64,000 nt of DNA from a virus, in the IMG/VR virus record IMGVR_UViG_3300029258_001887. One strand, given 5' to 3'. The translations under genes and the position numbers were made by a program. The notes beneath the pieces are model-generated. The model worked only from the letters and a program-made list of their open reading frames with translations. It searched no databases and was not told the DNA's origin. Shown piece by piece: positions 10,273 to 20,428 of this stretch; position 1 is the stretch's first letter, and every line of letters begins with the position of its first letter.

Positions 10273-10629
10273 ATGACGAAGAAACAAAATACCTTATATG
10301 GTGTTGTTGGTCTATTCATAGGTATCTTCGGAGGTATTGTCGGCACAGCATTCTCTATGGGGGCTGAAAAACAACGAGTTCAGGATGCAATTACGGCCAC
10401 AAACGTTCGTATCACCAACATGGAGGAAAAACAAGATGCCCATGAAACGGATGTCGAAAACGAAATGGACCGCTATGCTGAAATCATAGCGGCCCACATG
10501 ACTCAATTACAAGAGAATATCGCCCGCCTCAATAATACTGTTGGCGATTTGCGCACTGATGTCCATGTGCTAAAAGCACTGATGGAACGAATGGAGATTG
10601 ATCTGAAAGCAAGGAGCGCTCCAGACTAA
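10273..10629 (+). CDS. membrane-anchored coiled-coil protein (possible lysis/holin-like)
   Basis: N-terminal hydrophobic helix LYGVVGLFIGIFGGIVGTAF followed by coiled coil. Confidence 0.5.
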   Translation: MTKKQNTLYGVVGLFIGIFGGIVGTAFSMGAEKQRVQDAITATNVRITNMEEKQDAHETDVENEMDRYAEIIAAHMTQLQENIARLNNTVGDLRTDVHVLKALMERMEIDLKARSAPD

Positions 10630-11099
10630 CACCACCGGTACATCACTTCAATGGCACGACGCAACAGGGTGCTGAGGACACACGCCTCGCCCTTGCTGAT
10701 AGCGTGCTGTACCACAGTCTTCTCTTCCCCTCGCTTAACGCTCAGGTAGATACGGAACCTTCCGTGCTCGTCCTTCCCGAAGTACAACACAGCATTCCCG
10801 CTCTGGTTGGAGTGGAACAACCCCTTATGCTTGCCCTTCGATGCATCAAACGGGCCAATACCATCTTGGAGTCCCACCAGGACTGCCAAAAGCTCGCCGA
10901 TATCAGCATCGCCCAGCTTGAAGCGAATCTTGTTGTCCCAGTCGAAACGGGCGTTATTGTCGTCGTCCTTGCCCTTCTGGTTCGCCATCTCCAGGAAGAC
11001 GCAATCCTTTTTTGACCCCAGGTTCCACTGGGACGCAGCGCCGTTTCCGTCACCCTTCGCCTTGTAGAGCACAAAGCCCTTGCTGAATTCCTCAGCCAT
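10626..11099 (-). CDS. Whirly-like ssDNA-binding protein
   Basis: Colinear motifs FVLYKAK, VFLEMA, FDWDNKIRFKLGDADIGELL, LFH, IYLSV, ISKGEACVL...W match the plant Whirly domain pattern. Confidence 0.6.
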   Translation of the reverse strand: MAEEFSKGFVLYKAKGDGNGAASQWNLGSKKDCVFLEMANQKGKDDDNNARFDWDNKIRFKLGDADIGELLAVLVGLQDGIGPFDASKGKHKGLFHSNQSGNAVLYFGKDEHGRFRIYLSVKRGEEKTVVQHAISKGEACVLSTLLRRAIEVMYRWC

Positions 11100-12007
11100 T
11101 ACTCGTCTCCCTTCTGTTCCTTCATCTTCCGCATCTCTGTTGCGGCAGCAAGCGCGTCCTCGTAGGACAACGATTGCAGATTGACATCACCCGTTTGGTC
11201 GTTGAGTTCGTATTCGATTCCGAGTCCATCCAACACGTCCGAAATCTTGAAGCCGTGGCGGTCAGATATCAGACGAATCATGCTGATCTGGCTGGTGTGG
11301 ATCGGACCACCCTTTTGGATATCCGCAGCGGTCGCTACGGTCTTGCTCACCTCTTCAGCAGCCACTACACGCCGCAGACACAGGGCGTTGCGATACATCC
11401 TGCCTTTGGCCCGTGTGTCGGCCATAGCCACCAGATACGTGGCGTAGTCCTCAAAGCAGTTCTCGCTGTGTGCGTCGGCCAGGGCTTCGAATCGCTTCTC
11501 CCTGCCTTCGGGGGTTAGAAATACACCCCACGCTTTTGCACATGCGCGGAATCGGTTGTCCTCGGTAGGCGCAGCAAGCAGATCGCAGCCTTCCTCGATC
11601 AGTTCCCCGACGAGTTCGCCCGCGACACGCCTGAGCCCTTCGACCCGTGGATTCTGCCCATCCACTTCATCTTCCAGGAACTTCCCCAGCACATACTGAG
11701 TCCATCCCGGATCGCTTGGTGTTGGAGGATCAAGCTTTTCCGGCTGAGGTTCACCAGTGTCGGCCCCCTCATCTGTTGTGTCAGGCCCAACGGCAACGCC
11801 CACATCGTCATCTTCCTCAACAGAAGATAGAATGGCAAGACCTTCCTCGCCCTTTTTGTGGGCCTGAAGCTTGGCAAGCAACTCTGGTCGCTTGAGCTTT
11901 TTGCCGTCTGTGTCCAACAACTGCTCTTCCGTATAGCCGAGAGCCAATAGTGCATCCTTGAGTTCTTTCTTCCCCATCCGAGTTGGTGGTTTCGTCTCAG
12001 TCGTCAT
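11099..12007 (-). CDS. Rad52/Sak-like single-strand annealing protein (putative)
   Basis: AMADTRAKGRMYRNAL...VAAEE helix motif typical of Rad52-like annealases. Confidence 0.5.
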   Translation of the reverse strand: MTTETKPPTRMGKKELKDALLALGYTEEQLLDTDGKKLKRPELLAKLQAHKKGEEGLAILSSVEEDDDVGVAVGPDTTDEGADTGEPQPEKLDPPTPSDPGWTQYVLGKFLEDEVDGQNPRVEGLRRVAGELVGELIEEGCDLLAAPTEDNRFRACAKAWGVFLTPEGREKRFEALADAHSENCFEDYATYLVAMADTRAKGRMYRNALCLRRVVAAEEVSKTVATAADIQKGGPIHTSQISMIRLISDRHGFKISDVLDGLGIEYELNDQTGDVNLQSLSYEDALAAATEMRKMKEQKGDE

Positions 12008-12593
12008 TCTTCATCTCCGTTAACACAAACTTCGACAGTGCTTCGGCATCGCAGTCGGGGATTACCTCAGAACAAACCTTGATGCCAAATTCTTCTTCAA
12101 TCAGTTCCATGTGAGACTCGTGTCTCACAATGACTCGTACCCTTGGGTCACAAAATGCAGGTTCCAGTTCTGCGGGTTCAATGTGTGATTTGCCGATGAA
12201 TTCTGGATCGAAAGCATAGTGATAAACGATCGGTGCATTGCTGGCCAACGCCTCGATTGTAGTTCCAATACTTGTTGCGATGAGTGGATAGTGATGCCAT
12301 CTGACCAGATCGGAAACACCGAAAACTGGGCATAGAGGCGGTAGACATGAGGGGATCAGGTGTTGAGTGAAGATGCAAATGTCGAGACCCGCATATGTTT
12401 TACATAGTCGGTTGATTGAATTGAGCCCCAAGTATGTTAAATGAGACACCGCTAGGTGGTTGAAAACAAACCCGACCAGTGCTTGATCATCATCTAGCTT
12501 GAGACCAAGCTTAGCCATTTCTTCGGCAGCACTTGCCTTTCTTTGGACGGCTTCCTTGTGCTTGATGTTTTTCTGCTTTTTTTTCTTAGCCAT
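11997..12593 (-). CDS. hypothetical protein in glycosyltransferase cluster
   Basis: ORF overlapping both neighbours; no firm motif. Confidence 0.5.
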   Translation of the reverse strand: MAKKKKQKNIKHKEAVQRKASAAEEMAKLGLKLDDDQALVGFVFNHLAVSHLTYLGLNSINRLCKTYAGLDICIFTQHLIPSCLPPLCPVFGVSDLVRWHHYPLIATSIGTTIEALASNAPIVYHYAFDPEFIGKSHIEPAELEPAFCDPRVRVIVRHESHMELIEEEFGIKVCSEVIPDCDAEALSKFVLTEMKNDD

Positions 12594-13356
12594 TCGGAGC
12601 ACCTCTGCGCTGAGCCGCCATTTGCTTTGCTGCCGTCTCACACTGAGCAATAGATTGTTTAGTTGCTGCGTCTAGTTCACAAACGATATTGTGGTGTAGT
12701 GGTGCTGGTATGTGATAGATTAACCCAATTTCTGATATCCGAAGTAGCATGTCGTAATCGTCTCGAATTGGCATCTGAGCATTGAAACCGTTTTTGAGTT
12801 TAGGGAATAGTTGTGGACGCATCAGAAAGTTTCGGTCATAGGGGAATCCAGCCAAGAGTCTTTGCATGTCAAAAGAGCATCGGAACACTCTCTCTACTCT
12901 GCCATCGGGATGATGGTTATCGCAATCGCTCACGACACATGCAACTGATGGTTGTGTGCTGCAAACTCTAATCGCCTGTGCAATTTTGTCTGGTGCGTAC
13001 CAGCTTGTTGGGTCCATGAAACCAAACAGGGTAACACCCTGCCACTTCATTTGTAGTGCAACGTTCAGTGTGTCACCAATGGTGCTGAGTCTCTTTCGGA
13101 ATATTTTGACCGGTGTCCCATCAAGCTCACCGTCAAATTGCGGCGGCATTCCTGTTTGTTCGTCGATGGTGACAGGTTCGGCACCGAGCAATTTGCACAA
13201 TACATCATAGGTGCCGTCTGTGCTGTCATTGTCTCCGACGATGATCTGATTGGCCGGGCGGATACCCTTGCTTACTGATCGCAAGGCACGTTCGATTGTT
13301 TTGGCGTTATTGTGGGTTGCAATCACTACTGTTACGTTTTCTTTGTCTTTTATCAT
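12586..13356 (-). CDS. glycosyltransferase family 2
   Basis: VTVVIATHN...IERALRSV...IIVGDNDSTDGT N-terminal GT-A motif. Confidence 0.85.
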   Translation of the reverse strand: MIKDKENVTVVIATHNNAKTIERALRSVSKGIRPANQIIVGDNDSTDGTYDVLCKLLGAEPVTIDEQTGMPPQFDGELDGTPVKIFRKRLSTIGDTLNVALQMKWQGVTLFGFMDPTSWYAPDKIAQAIRVCSTQPSVACVVSDCDNHHPDGRVERVFRCSFDMQRLLAGFPYDRNFLMRPQLFPKLKNGFNAQMPIRDDYDMLLRISEIGLIYHIPAPLHHNIVCELDAATKQSIAQCETAAKQMAAQRRGAPNG

Positions 13357-14117
13357 ATCAACCAACAATCCGTGCAAAACCACGTAAGTCCCATCTCCGT
13401 CTCAGCTTCTTCTTTCCTCAACTGTGTCATGAATGGTTCCGCCTGGGGAGAAGTCATTAGTGCTCGATAGGGTGCGGTGATAAATAAACCATAATGAAGT
13501 TGAAGAGGTGCTATCGCGGTAGTTCCTATGGTAAATGGGAATGACCAATGGATTACGCGACTTGGTACGTGCTGAACCATTTTAGCAAAAATCTGGAAAT
13601 TTCTGAGTGCATTGCCAGCCGGAATTGCCATGAAAAACGGAGACTTCACTTGCTTGGACAGCCTGCGGATCGTATCACCTCGCTGGTCAATCGATTCATG
13701 TAATGCACTGCTGTCAACCACAATTTCTACCGGCTGCTTTTTGGTTTTGAGATACTGTAGTGCGAGGTTCTGTCTTGCCCCAAAGCCGGTTACATCCATG
13801 ATGATAACTTTGCCGGTGTATGGCACATACCAATCCTCATCTAGCGTTTTTCGCAAATCGTCGATGGTGTTTCTACCTTCATCGAAGAATACCAGAAGGT
13901 CCATTTTGAGAGCCCGTTCCTCAATGACTTTCTGGTACAACTTACCCAAATCTGTGGTGTTCTGTTTTTTAGCCCACTTGTGGCTCCGACACATTCGGCA
14001 GTATCCCGGAGCGAATGCCTTGCCATCCTTGATGGCGCATAGTTGGTGTAGAGTACACCCCTTGCCCCGATCATCTTTGTGTAAAAAACAACAGCCTTCA
14101 CATCCGGTTGTTATCAT
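13353..14117 (-). CDS. hypothetical protein with Cys-rich N-terminus, possible degenerate GT-A fold
   Basis: CEGC...C...C...CRMC N-terminus; coupled to the GT2 gene. Confidence 0.5.
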   Translation of the reverse strand: MITTGCEGCCFLHKDDRGKGCTLHQLCAIKDGKAFAPGYCRMCRSHKWAKKQNTTDLGKLYQKVIEERALKMDLLVFFDEGRNTIDDLRKTLDEDWYVPYTGKVIIMDVTGFGARQNLALQYLKTKKQPVEIVVDSSALHESIDQRGDTIRRLSKQVKSPFFMAIPAGNALRNFQIFAKMVQHVPSRVIHWSFPFTIGTTAIAPLQLHYGLFITAPYRALMTSPQAEPFMTQLRKEEAETEMGLTWFCTDCWLI

Positions 14118-14584
14118 TTCACCGCCTCGACATAAATGGCCACACCCTCGTATCTCTTAACAGAAATGGTCAGCCCAACCTCCTGTAGAACATCGAGCAG
14201 CGTAGCGGCGTCCATGATCGATAGACGAGAATCGCCAGCCTCTTGGGTACCAAGTACCATCTGCGAGAACTCTTGTAGATTGAACTGCCCTTGAGCAAAT
14301 GCTTTGGCGATAGCATGACAGTCTGGCATCAGAATCTTCAGCGTACCGCCAGCGGCTAGTTTTTGTGCCCAGTTGGCCAAAGCTGGCTGTACTGCGTTGG
14401 TCGGTAGGTATTCGATACAATCCAAAGCAATGATTTCTTCGACCGTGTTGTCTTCGGTCAACCAATCAAGTGTTTGGATGTCTCCCTGTCGGTATAGGTC
14501 CGGTGGTATTTGGCCCGGAGGCAGACGATCGATGTTGACGTATCCCGACCGAATATCGTTGCCACATCCTAGGTTTAATCGCAT
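14114..14584 (-). CDS. class I SAM-dependent methyltransferase
   Basis: RLNLGCG...GYVNID, L..GG.L.I.PD motifs. Confidence 0.8.
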   Translation of the reverse strand: MRLNLGCGNDIRSGYVNIDRLPPGQIPPDLYRQGDIQTLDWLTEDNTVEEIIALDCIEYLPTNAVQPALANWAQKLAAGGTLKILMPDCHAIAKAFAQGQFNLQEFSQMVLGTQEAGDSRLSIMDAATLLDVLQEVGLTISVKRYEGVAIYVEAVK

Positions 14585-14596
14585 AACTTTCTCCAA

Positions 14597-14770
14597 TTAA
14601 ATACGTTTCCATGTTTTCCTATTAACAATATTTTTGATAGTTGGTTGCTGAACTTCAAACATCGATGCCAATTTTCGTTGTGAATATTGTTTTTGCCCAG
14701 AAGATAATATCAATGCATATAATCTTCGTATCTCTAGAACTTGTTTTTCTGTATTAAATCCTATACCCAT
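14597..14770 (-). pseudogene. HNH homing endonuclease remnant (C-terminal HTH only, 57 codons)
   Basis: AT-rich gap translates as ...TEKQVLEIRRLY...YSQRKLASMFEVQQPTIKNIVNRKTWKRI*, like the C-termini of 43606..44124 and 45067..45627; no HNH core. Confidence 0.7.
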
Positions 14771-15780
14771 CTACCTGCGGGGCATCTAGCCACTTTCCAA
14801 AATGCCTCATTCCATTCGTCAAGAAAACGTTGCTGACCGAATGTTTCCAGCACAGTTTTTCTACCGGCAGCGCCAATCTCACGGGCCATATCCTGGTCCG
14901 CGATCAACTCCTGTAGCCGCTCTTTCATGGTGACCGGATCGTTTGTGATAAAACCATTCACCCCATCTTCGATGAATTCAGGGATTGATGTTGTCGCTGT
15001 TGTGACAATAGGACAACCCACAGACATCGCTTCCAGCAGAGAGAATGGGCAAGACGACCAAAGGGTGGTGTTCAAGAACACGGATGCGTGGCGGTAAAGT
15101 TCCCGTAAGTGATCAGCGCTATCAGCCATCTTTGAGAAGCCGGGTGTTTCTCCCCACGGGTTGACTTCGAGCCCCTGTGTGACTTCTTTCCATAGGGAAA
15201 ATCCACATATCCTGTCACGATTGATGTAATCCCAAACGGCGGTCATCACCTTGCCGTCTCCACCGATCCATCCATCCCAGTAGTCTGTGTCAATGCCGTG
15301 ATGAATGATTTGCACGTCCGGGTCGTTGACATCATGGAACCATGCCCCAACCGAGAATCTGGCCACGAAGATGTTGTGATCGCATTTGAGGTGACCGATT
15401 CGCTCTGTTGTGGTATCGTCCCAGTCAGGCCACGGAAGCGTGTGTTCCATTTGTAGCAATGGACAGCTAAGTTGGGCTGCAATCTGAGACATAATGGGAT
15501 AGTGATCAACCCTGTTCTGCGACAACACCAAGTCGAATGCCAAATCTGTTTTGAGTTGCTGTGGTATATCTCTGCCACTCAACACAAAGAAGTTGGGCGG
15601 CATTGGTCTTTCCTTGACATCCCACGGGTGGAATTTTGGATGATTGAGCATAAAGAAGTTGTGCCCTGTTCTGGCCAGCGTGGCGCTATAGGCTTCGTGA
15701 TTATTCGCGTACAGGATATTCAAGGGACGGCTTTCGTCCCTATTGATGCTTCTCAGTGCAGTTGAAAGTGGTGCTGCCAT
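14761..15780 (-). CDS. glycosyltransferase family 4 (GT-B)
   Basis: IIHHGID, PFSLLEAMSVGCPIVTT, IEDGVNGF. Confidence 0.9.
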   Translation of the reverse strand: MAAPLSTALRSINRDESRPLNILYANNHEAYSATLARTGHNFFMLNHPKFHPWDVKERPMPPNFFVLSGRDIPQQLKTDLAFDLVLSQNRVDHYPIMSQIAAQLSCPLLQMEHTLPWPDWDDTTTERIGHLKCDHNIFVARFSVGAWFHDVNDPDVQIIHHGIDTDYWDGWIGGDGKVMTAVWDYINRDRICGFSLWKEVTQGLEVNPWGETPGFSKMADSADHLRELYRHASVFLNTTLWSSCPFSLLEAMSVGCPIVTTATTSIPEFIEDGVNGFITNDPVTMKERLQELIADQDMAREIGAAGRKTVLETFGQQRFLDEWNEAFWKVARCPAGRWV

Positions 15781-16959
15781 TTATGCCTCCAGGAGTTCTC
15801 TTGCTATCGCACCTACTCGTTGGTAACTGAAGTTGGCAGCGCGTTCGCGGGCCGCTTTCTGCCGTCGATCTATCGATTCCTCATTCCATTCTTTGTAGGC
15901 TTGCCTCATGCAGTGGATCAGGTGTTCCATGTCTGGATCGAACCATAGTTCGTCGCCAGTGTAAAGGTCTGGGAAACTGTCTGTGTGTCCGAAACATGGC
16001 GTCAGTTGTCCTCTGACCAACCAGCCACAATCAATCTCACCCGGCCACTTGAATCTGCGGGTCTCTGGTTCCCAGTATTCCGCAGCCTGTGGATACGTCA
16101 ATTCCGGGAATGATCCCCAGTTGCTAAGTATTACTGGATTGCCAAACCCCATTGCGTCATGCGCCGGAATGCCCCAGGCTTCACCATGGCTCGCCAAAAC
16201 GAAAACGTCGCAAGCTACGTGAAGTTGATCAAGCTTCTGATCCGGCAGGAAATCGGTGATACAAGCTACGGGTGGATAGTACGGATGTCGGACATATGTG
16301 TGCAACGACTTTTTCACGTCGTCGATTGTTGACCGCAACAATTCGGTTGCTTCATCCGGGGATTTGCCAGGGACGCTGGTTTTGATGACGAGTGCCACAT
16401 CGTCCCTGAGACTGAATGCTGTGTAGAACGCCCTCAAGACCGCTACCAGATTCTTGCGACGAGTCATCTCTCCGACCACATAAAACACGCACTTGTTTTT
16501 GAGCTTCTTGACTTCCAGCGGTGGAGGGGGATTGTCAAATCTAGTCGTGTCACAAGCACATGGGAAAATCTTAACTGGCACAGAGACATTGCTATCCTTC
16601 ACTGCTTGGGCATTCTGTATCGATGGCACCCATATTTCGTCCATCAGATTACAACAGTGTCCCCAATTCGACCTGCTAAAGTGGGTCGTTTCCCAGTCGA
16701 ACATGCCTATGTTTCTAACACCAGCCTTGTATTCGAACTGGTGCGGCAATACGTGCTGAACGACAACATCCACGTTGTCGGTTGTTTTACGTTCAAGGTG
16801 CTCAACTCTCTTGGCCAGTTCATGGTTGCTATGCGGAGACAGTTTGATAGCTCTCGCTACGACATCTATACCACCAGCTTCCATGGCGAGCATGTTATGA
16901 ATAGCTTGGTTGGCATAGCCGGTACCATCACGATATACAGACAGGTATGCTACCTTCAT
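15781..16959 (-). CDS. glycosyltransferase family 4 (GT-B)
   Basis: RRKNL, DVFVLASHGEAWGIPAHDAMGFGNPVI. Confidence 0.9.
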   Translation of the reverse strand: MKVAYLSVYRDGTGYANQAIHNMLAMEAGGIDVVARAIKLSPHSNHELAKRVEHLERKTTDNVDVVVQHVLPHQFEYKAGVRNIGMFDWETTHFSRSNWGHCCNLMDEIWVPSIQNAQAVKDSNVSVPVKIFPCACDTTRFDNPPPPLEVKKLKNKCVFYVVGEMTRRKNLVAVLRAFYTAFSLRDDVALVIKTSVPGKSPDEATELLRSTIDDVKKSLHTYVRHPYYPPVACITDFLPDQKLDQLHVACDVFVLASHGEAWGIPAHDAMGFGNPVILSNWGSFPELTYPQAAEYWEPETRRFKWPGEIDCGWLVRGQLTPCFGHTDSFPDLYTGDELWFDPDMEHLIHCMRQAYKEWNEESIDRRQKAARERAANFSYQRVGAIARELLEA

Positions 16960-19838
16960 TATATCACCGTCACGTTTACTTGGTCCAGGGTCTCGCGTTT
17001 CAGGGATGCCAAGCGTTTTTCTTCGACGGCATTCGCCTGTTGTACCATCCCAACGAAGTGATCGACAAAATCTTTTCGGTTAAATGGGACACGTCGATCG
17101 CCAACGGTTTTTGAACCACTATTTAGGGACTTGAGCCATTCACCAGCAAAGTGGGTGCGCAGCATGTCGGGGCGATTCCACACTTTGCCGATCACCCAAT
17201 TGACAAATTCGCTATTGTTCATGTCGTTGCTTGGTGGTACTAAATTGGGATGATGGGCACGCGAGGTTGGGCACAGCCAAGTTGTTTGCTGATCCTTGAT
17301 GGCGGTTTCACGTATGACTTGACCCCAGATAGCAGCAGTCCTCTCCCACCCACGACGACGCATCGGCTGGTCTTGTCCGTAGGTCGGGACCGCTTCCTCG
17401 ATGTACGCCCTGGTCTGCCTTGCTTTTTCGTCTCGCACAGCTTCACTTTGTTTAAGGAATCGATCCAGCTTGCTAACAAAATCGGTGTTGCTTGGCAGTG
17501 CTCGTCTTTGCTCCGTTTCGATAATGGCTTCCCAGAAGAATCTCTCAACCTCGATCGGGATCGCTGTTGGACTATCCAGATGATCTTCCATCGCCGAGTA
17601 GCGGACAGCCATTGTTGGCACACCACACGCCTGGGCTTCTGTCAGCGGCATTCCCCACCCCTCGCAGATGGAATACTGGACATACAGGTCGAACGTCTTC
17701 ATAATATCAGCCAAGACGTTACGAGGACATGAATGGTTGGCGTTGGGCGGATGCGCTGCTAGCTTGCCACACTTACGACACACCATCATTTCGCCAGAGA
17801 AGAAAGATGGATAGGCAGTCTGGCAATTGCTGCACAGATAGGTCATGATTACCTTGTTCCCGATTTTGAAGTCTCGGATAGCTTTGCCGATGTCATACCC
17901 AACATCCGGGTAGCTGGTGTGCAAATACAGGAAAGTGCGTCGCGCCAGGTCTACATGCCCCTTGCTTTTCGATTGGTGCAACCACTTGCCGAAAGCCTCG
18001 ATCAGATCGTAATACAGCTTACGTTTTTGGTTTCTCATGACCGTACCCACAATTAACGATGTGGGATCGATACCGAGCCGAGCCTTGTGTTGCCGTTTGT
18101 CCTCTGGTGGCTTGAACATTTCGAGATCGGCACCTGGGGATGCGATTGTGACCAGATCGGTGCCACGTCTACCAGTTCGCTTCAGAAGGTCCATTCCATA
18201 TTCGGAGTACGTAAGGATGCGGTCGCACTGACGATATGAGTCCAGCCATAATTCTCGTTGTGGTTCACCGTCAATAGTCGGCATCCAGATAAATGAGAAA
18301 TTCTGACGGAAAGGCGAACGCAGAACAAATTCGTCCATCCACCAGTCTCGAATTCCGCAGTTATGTACAGCAAATCCTGTCACATAGCTATTATCATTTT
18401 CTACTTCTAAATTATATACTTGACCTCTGTATGGTTCTGTTCTTACTCTTCGAATTGGAACAATAATGTAATTCTCATTTATCCATCCGACACTCCCTTT
18501 GTCTATCCATTTGGGGTTATCCGATTTTCTCGAAGGTAATTCAAAATGTTTGGTAATAAACCCATGAGCAATACGTGCGTATTGTCCATAACATTCAATT
18601 TCAAATGATGTGGGCTTATTAAGTTTTCTGGCAATAGATGTTTTTACACCCAATCTTGCAAATAATTGTCTGATTTGTCTTGCTAACACATTGGAGACAG
18701 TAGAACAAGAAACTGTATCACTTTTATAACACCCATCTCCTTTTATATATCCACTAAGGAACTCTTCTAGGAATTTATCTCGTTGGGTAGTATACACAAA
18801 TTCTGGTATATGTTTTTCGCGCGCATTTTCACCAAACCAATTTTTGAACAATTCTTCAAGTAATACAGAGTTGAATCTTACATTTGAACAATTCTTGTTA
18901 GTGAATACTTGACCGTCTATTTTGAAATATTTTGACATCAATCGTAAAACATCTTCTATATATTCTTTCTCATTTACATTAAAAGAAAACTGCACACCCC
19001 TTCCTGAACCAGAACCTTCGGCACAATAATAACCTAGTAATCTACCAAAATCGCTTGAATACTGTATAAATTCAGGTATGCCGTTATCCCTTTCAAAGTT
19101 TTCATGACCTACTGGATAAGCAAATCCATCCTTGGTTATAAATTGCTTCAAAAAATGAGTAATTGAAATGTCTTGAGATGTCCAAACATTCGGCCTATAT
19201 ATAGGAATCAATACGTAGTCGCCTTGGCACAGGTCTTTCGCTTCTACAAATTCAGCATCTTCGGTGTTGTATCTCGACTGTATATCTCTTTGTTTCCATG
19301 TGCGTTTTTTGCTTTTTATGGCTAGAATGGGATGGTTGGGCGTAAACGTATAACACTGATTGTCATTATGTGGGTATATTTTCACCACAATGCCATTGTG
19401 TTGACTGCGCATGGTACGAATAACTCGACATTCTTTCCCAGTGTGAGAAATAACCGTGTCACCTACACTGATATCTTCGATATTTCTAACACCGTTTGGC
19501 GTTTCGACTTTTGTTTCAGGAGGAACACAAACAATGTCAGGCTTGAAGTCCAGGCACACATCGTCGAATCGCCATTCGCCAAATTGGTTGGTCTGTTGCG
19601 ACATGTACTTCTGCATTGCTTGCTGATTACTGCGAGCAGGTGCTACTGGATAAAACTTCCACGGCACTTGTTGACAACGTGGGTCGTCATCGTGGGCATA
19701 GCTTCCGAGTTCAGCAATTTCGAACTCACCTGTGGCATGTAGTCGTTTGATCACCTCATGCCAATAGGTACTAAAACCAGTGGCGAGGAAGTTTGCTTCA
19801 CCGATGAACAAAACGCGACGTTTGCGGTCAGATTCCAT
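16959..19838 (-). CDS. glycosyltransferase family 4 containing an intein
   Basis: MRNQKRK, DLYVQYSICEGWGMPLTEAQACGVP; interrupted at FKPDIV|CGIRD. Confidence 0.9.
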   Translation of the reverse strand: MESDRKRRVLFIGEANFLATGFSTYWHEVIKRLHATGEFEIAELGSYAHDDDPRCQQVPWKFYPVAPARSNQQAMQKYMSQQTNQFGEWRFDDVCLDFKPDIVCVPPETKVETPNGVRNIEDISVGDTVISHTGKECRVIRTMRSQHNGIVVKIYPHNDNQCYTFTPNHPILAIKSKKRTWKQRDIQSRYNTEDAEFVEAKDLCQGDYVLIPIYRPNVWTSQDISITHFLKQFITKDGFAYPVGHENFERDNGIPEFIQYSSDFGRLLGYYCAEGSGSGRGVQFSFNVNEKEYIEDVLRLMSKYFKIDGQVFTNKNCSNVRFNSVLLEELFKNWFGENAREKHIPEFVYTTQRDKFLEEFLSGYIKGDGCYKSDTVSCSTVSNVLARQIRQLFARLGVKTSIARKLNKPTSFEIECYGQYARIAHGFITKHFELPSRKSDNPKWIDKGSVGWINENYIIVPIRRVRTEPYRGQVYNLEVENDNSYVTGFAVHNCGIRDWWMDEFVLRSPFRQNFSFIWMPTIDGEPQRELWLDSYRQCDRILTYSEYGMDLLKRTGRRGTDLVTIASPGADLEMFKPPEDKRQHKARLGIDPTSLIVGTVMRNQKRKLYYDLIEAFGKWLHQSKSKGHVDLARRTFLYLHTSYPDVGYDIGKAIRDFKIGNKVIMTYLCSNCQTAYPSFFSGEMMVCRKCGKLAAHPPNANHSCPRNVLADIMKTFDLYVQYSICEGWGMPLTEAQACGVPTMAVRYSAMEDHLDSPTAIPIEVERFFWEAIIETEQRRALPSNTDFVSKLDRFLKQSEAVRDEKARQTRAYIEEAVPTYGQDQPMRRRGWERTAAIWGQVIRETAIKDQQTTWLCPTSRAHHPNLVPPSNDMNNSEFVNWVIGKVWNRPDMLRTHFAGEWLKSLNSGSKTVGDRRVPFNRKDFVDHFVGMVQQANAVEEKRLASLKRETLDQVNVTVI
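18360..19529 (-). mobile_element. intein with LAGLIDADG homing endonuclease (390 aa)
   Basis: Starts CVPPETKV; block B FTPNHPI; LLGYYCAEGS and FLSGYIKGDG; ends VYNLEV...VHN before Cys+1; DNA is AT-richer than the flanks. Confidence 0.93.
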
Positions 19839-20415
19839 AACCACTCCGTGACAGTTTGGGTCTCAGGCTTTTGGCCCTCGAATACCGTTGCTTCCGACTC
19901 AGGCCGAGATTATCAGAAGTCCCGCTGAACTTTGCCTGAAGAAAGGCCCGATCCTCCGCAGTCAAATCGCCAGACGACAAAAGGTCATCAAGAACAGAAA
20001 ACGGTTCTGACTCTCGCGTTGGCTCTTGAAATAGCATGTGCCAAGATTCCGCGAAGATGAGTGATCGTAGATGGGCAAGCGTGTTTAGGGTGATATTGAG
20101 TTCTTGACATATCTCACGCTCTGTATTGCCAGCGGCCAAGAGCATTTCGACTTTGTGTACCTGCTTTTTAACTCTACGCGGAGCAGACGCGGCGCACATC
20201 GCATCTAGGGCGGCGTTGCGCATTGTGTTGGCTATGGCCACAATGGCGTATGCCTGAAAATTGCGGTGATCATGTCCATCCCTGCTGATTTCTGCTAATG
20301 TAAGATGCCCGACTTGGATGTAGTCTTCCTCATCGGCACAATTGCTGGGATAAACAGTCGCAATTTTTTTCGCCAAACAGGCAATGAATTGGTTTAGCGA
20401 CTGCTTACGTTTCAT
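19828..20415 (-). CDS. sigma-70 family RNA polymerase sigma factor (divergent)
   Basis: Region-2-like EEDYIQVGHLTL...FQAYAIVAI; HTH-like EREICQELNI. Confidence 0.65.
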   Translation of the reverse strand: MKRKQSLNQFIACLAKKIATVYPSNCADEEDYIQVGHLTLAEISRDGHDHRNFQAYAIVAIANTMRNAALDAMCAASAPRRVKKQVHKVEMLLAAGNTEREICQELNITLNTLAHLRSLIFAESWHMLFQEPTRESEPFSVLDDLLSSGDLTAEDRAFLQAKFSGTSDNLGLSRKQRYSRAKSLRPKLSRSGYGI

Positions 20416-20428
20416 TCACGGACACTTC

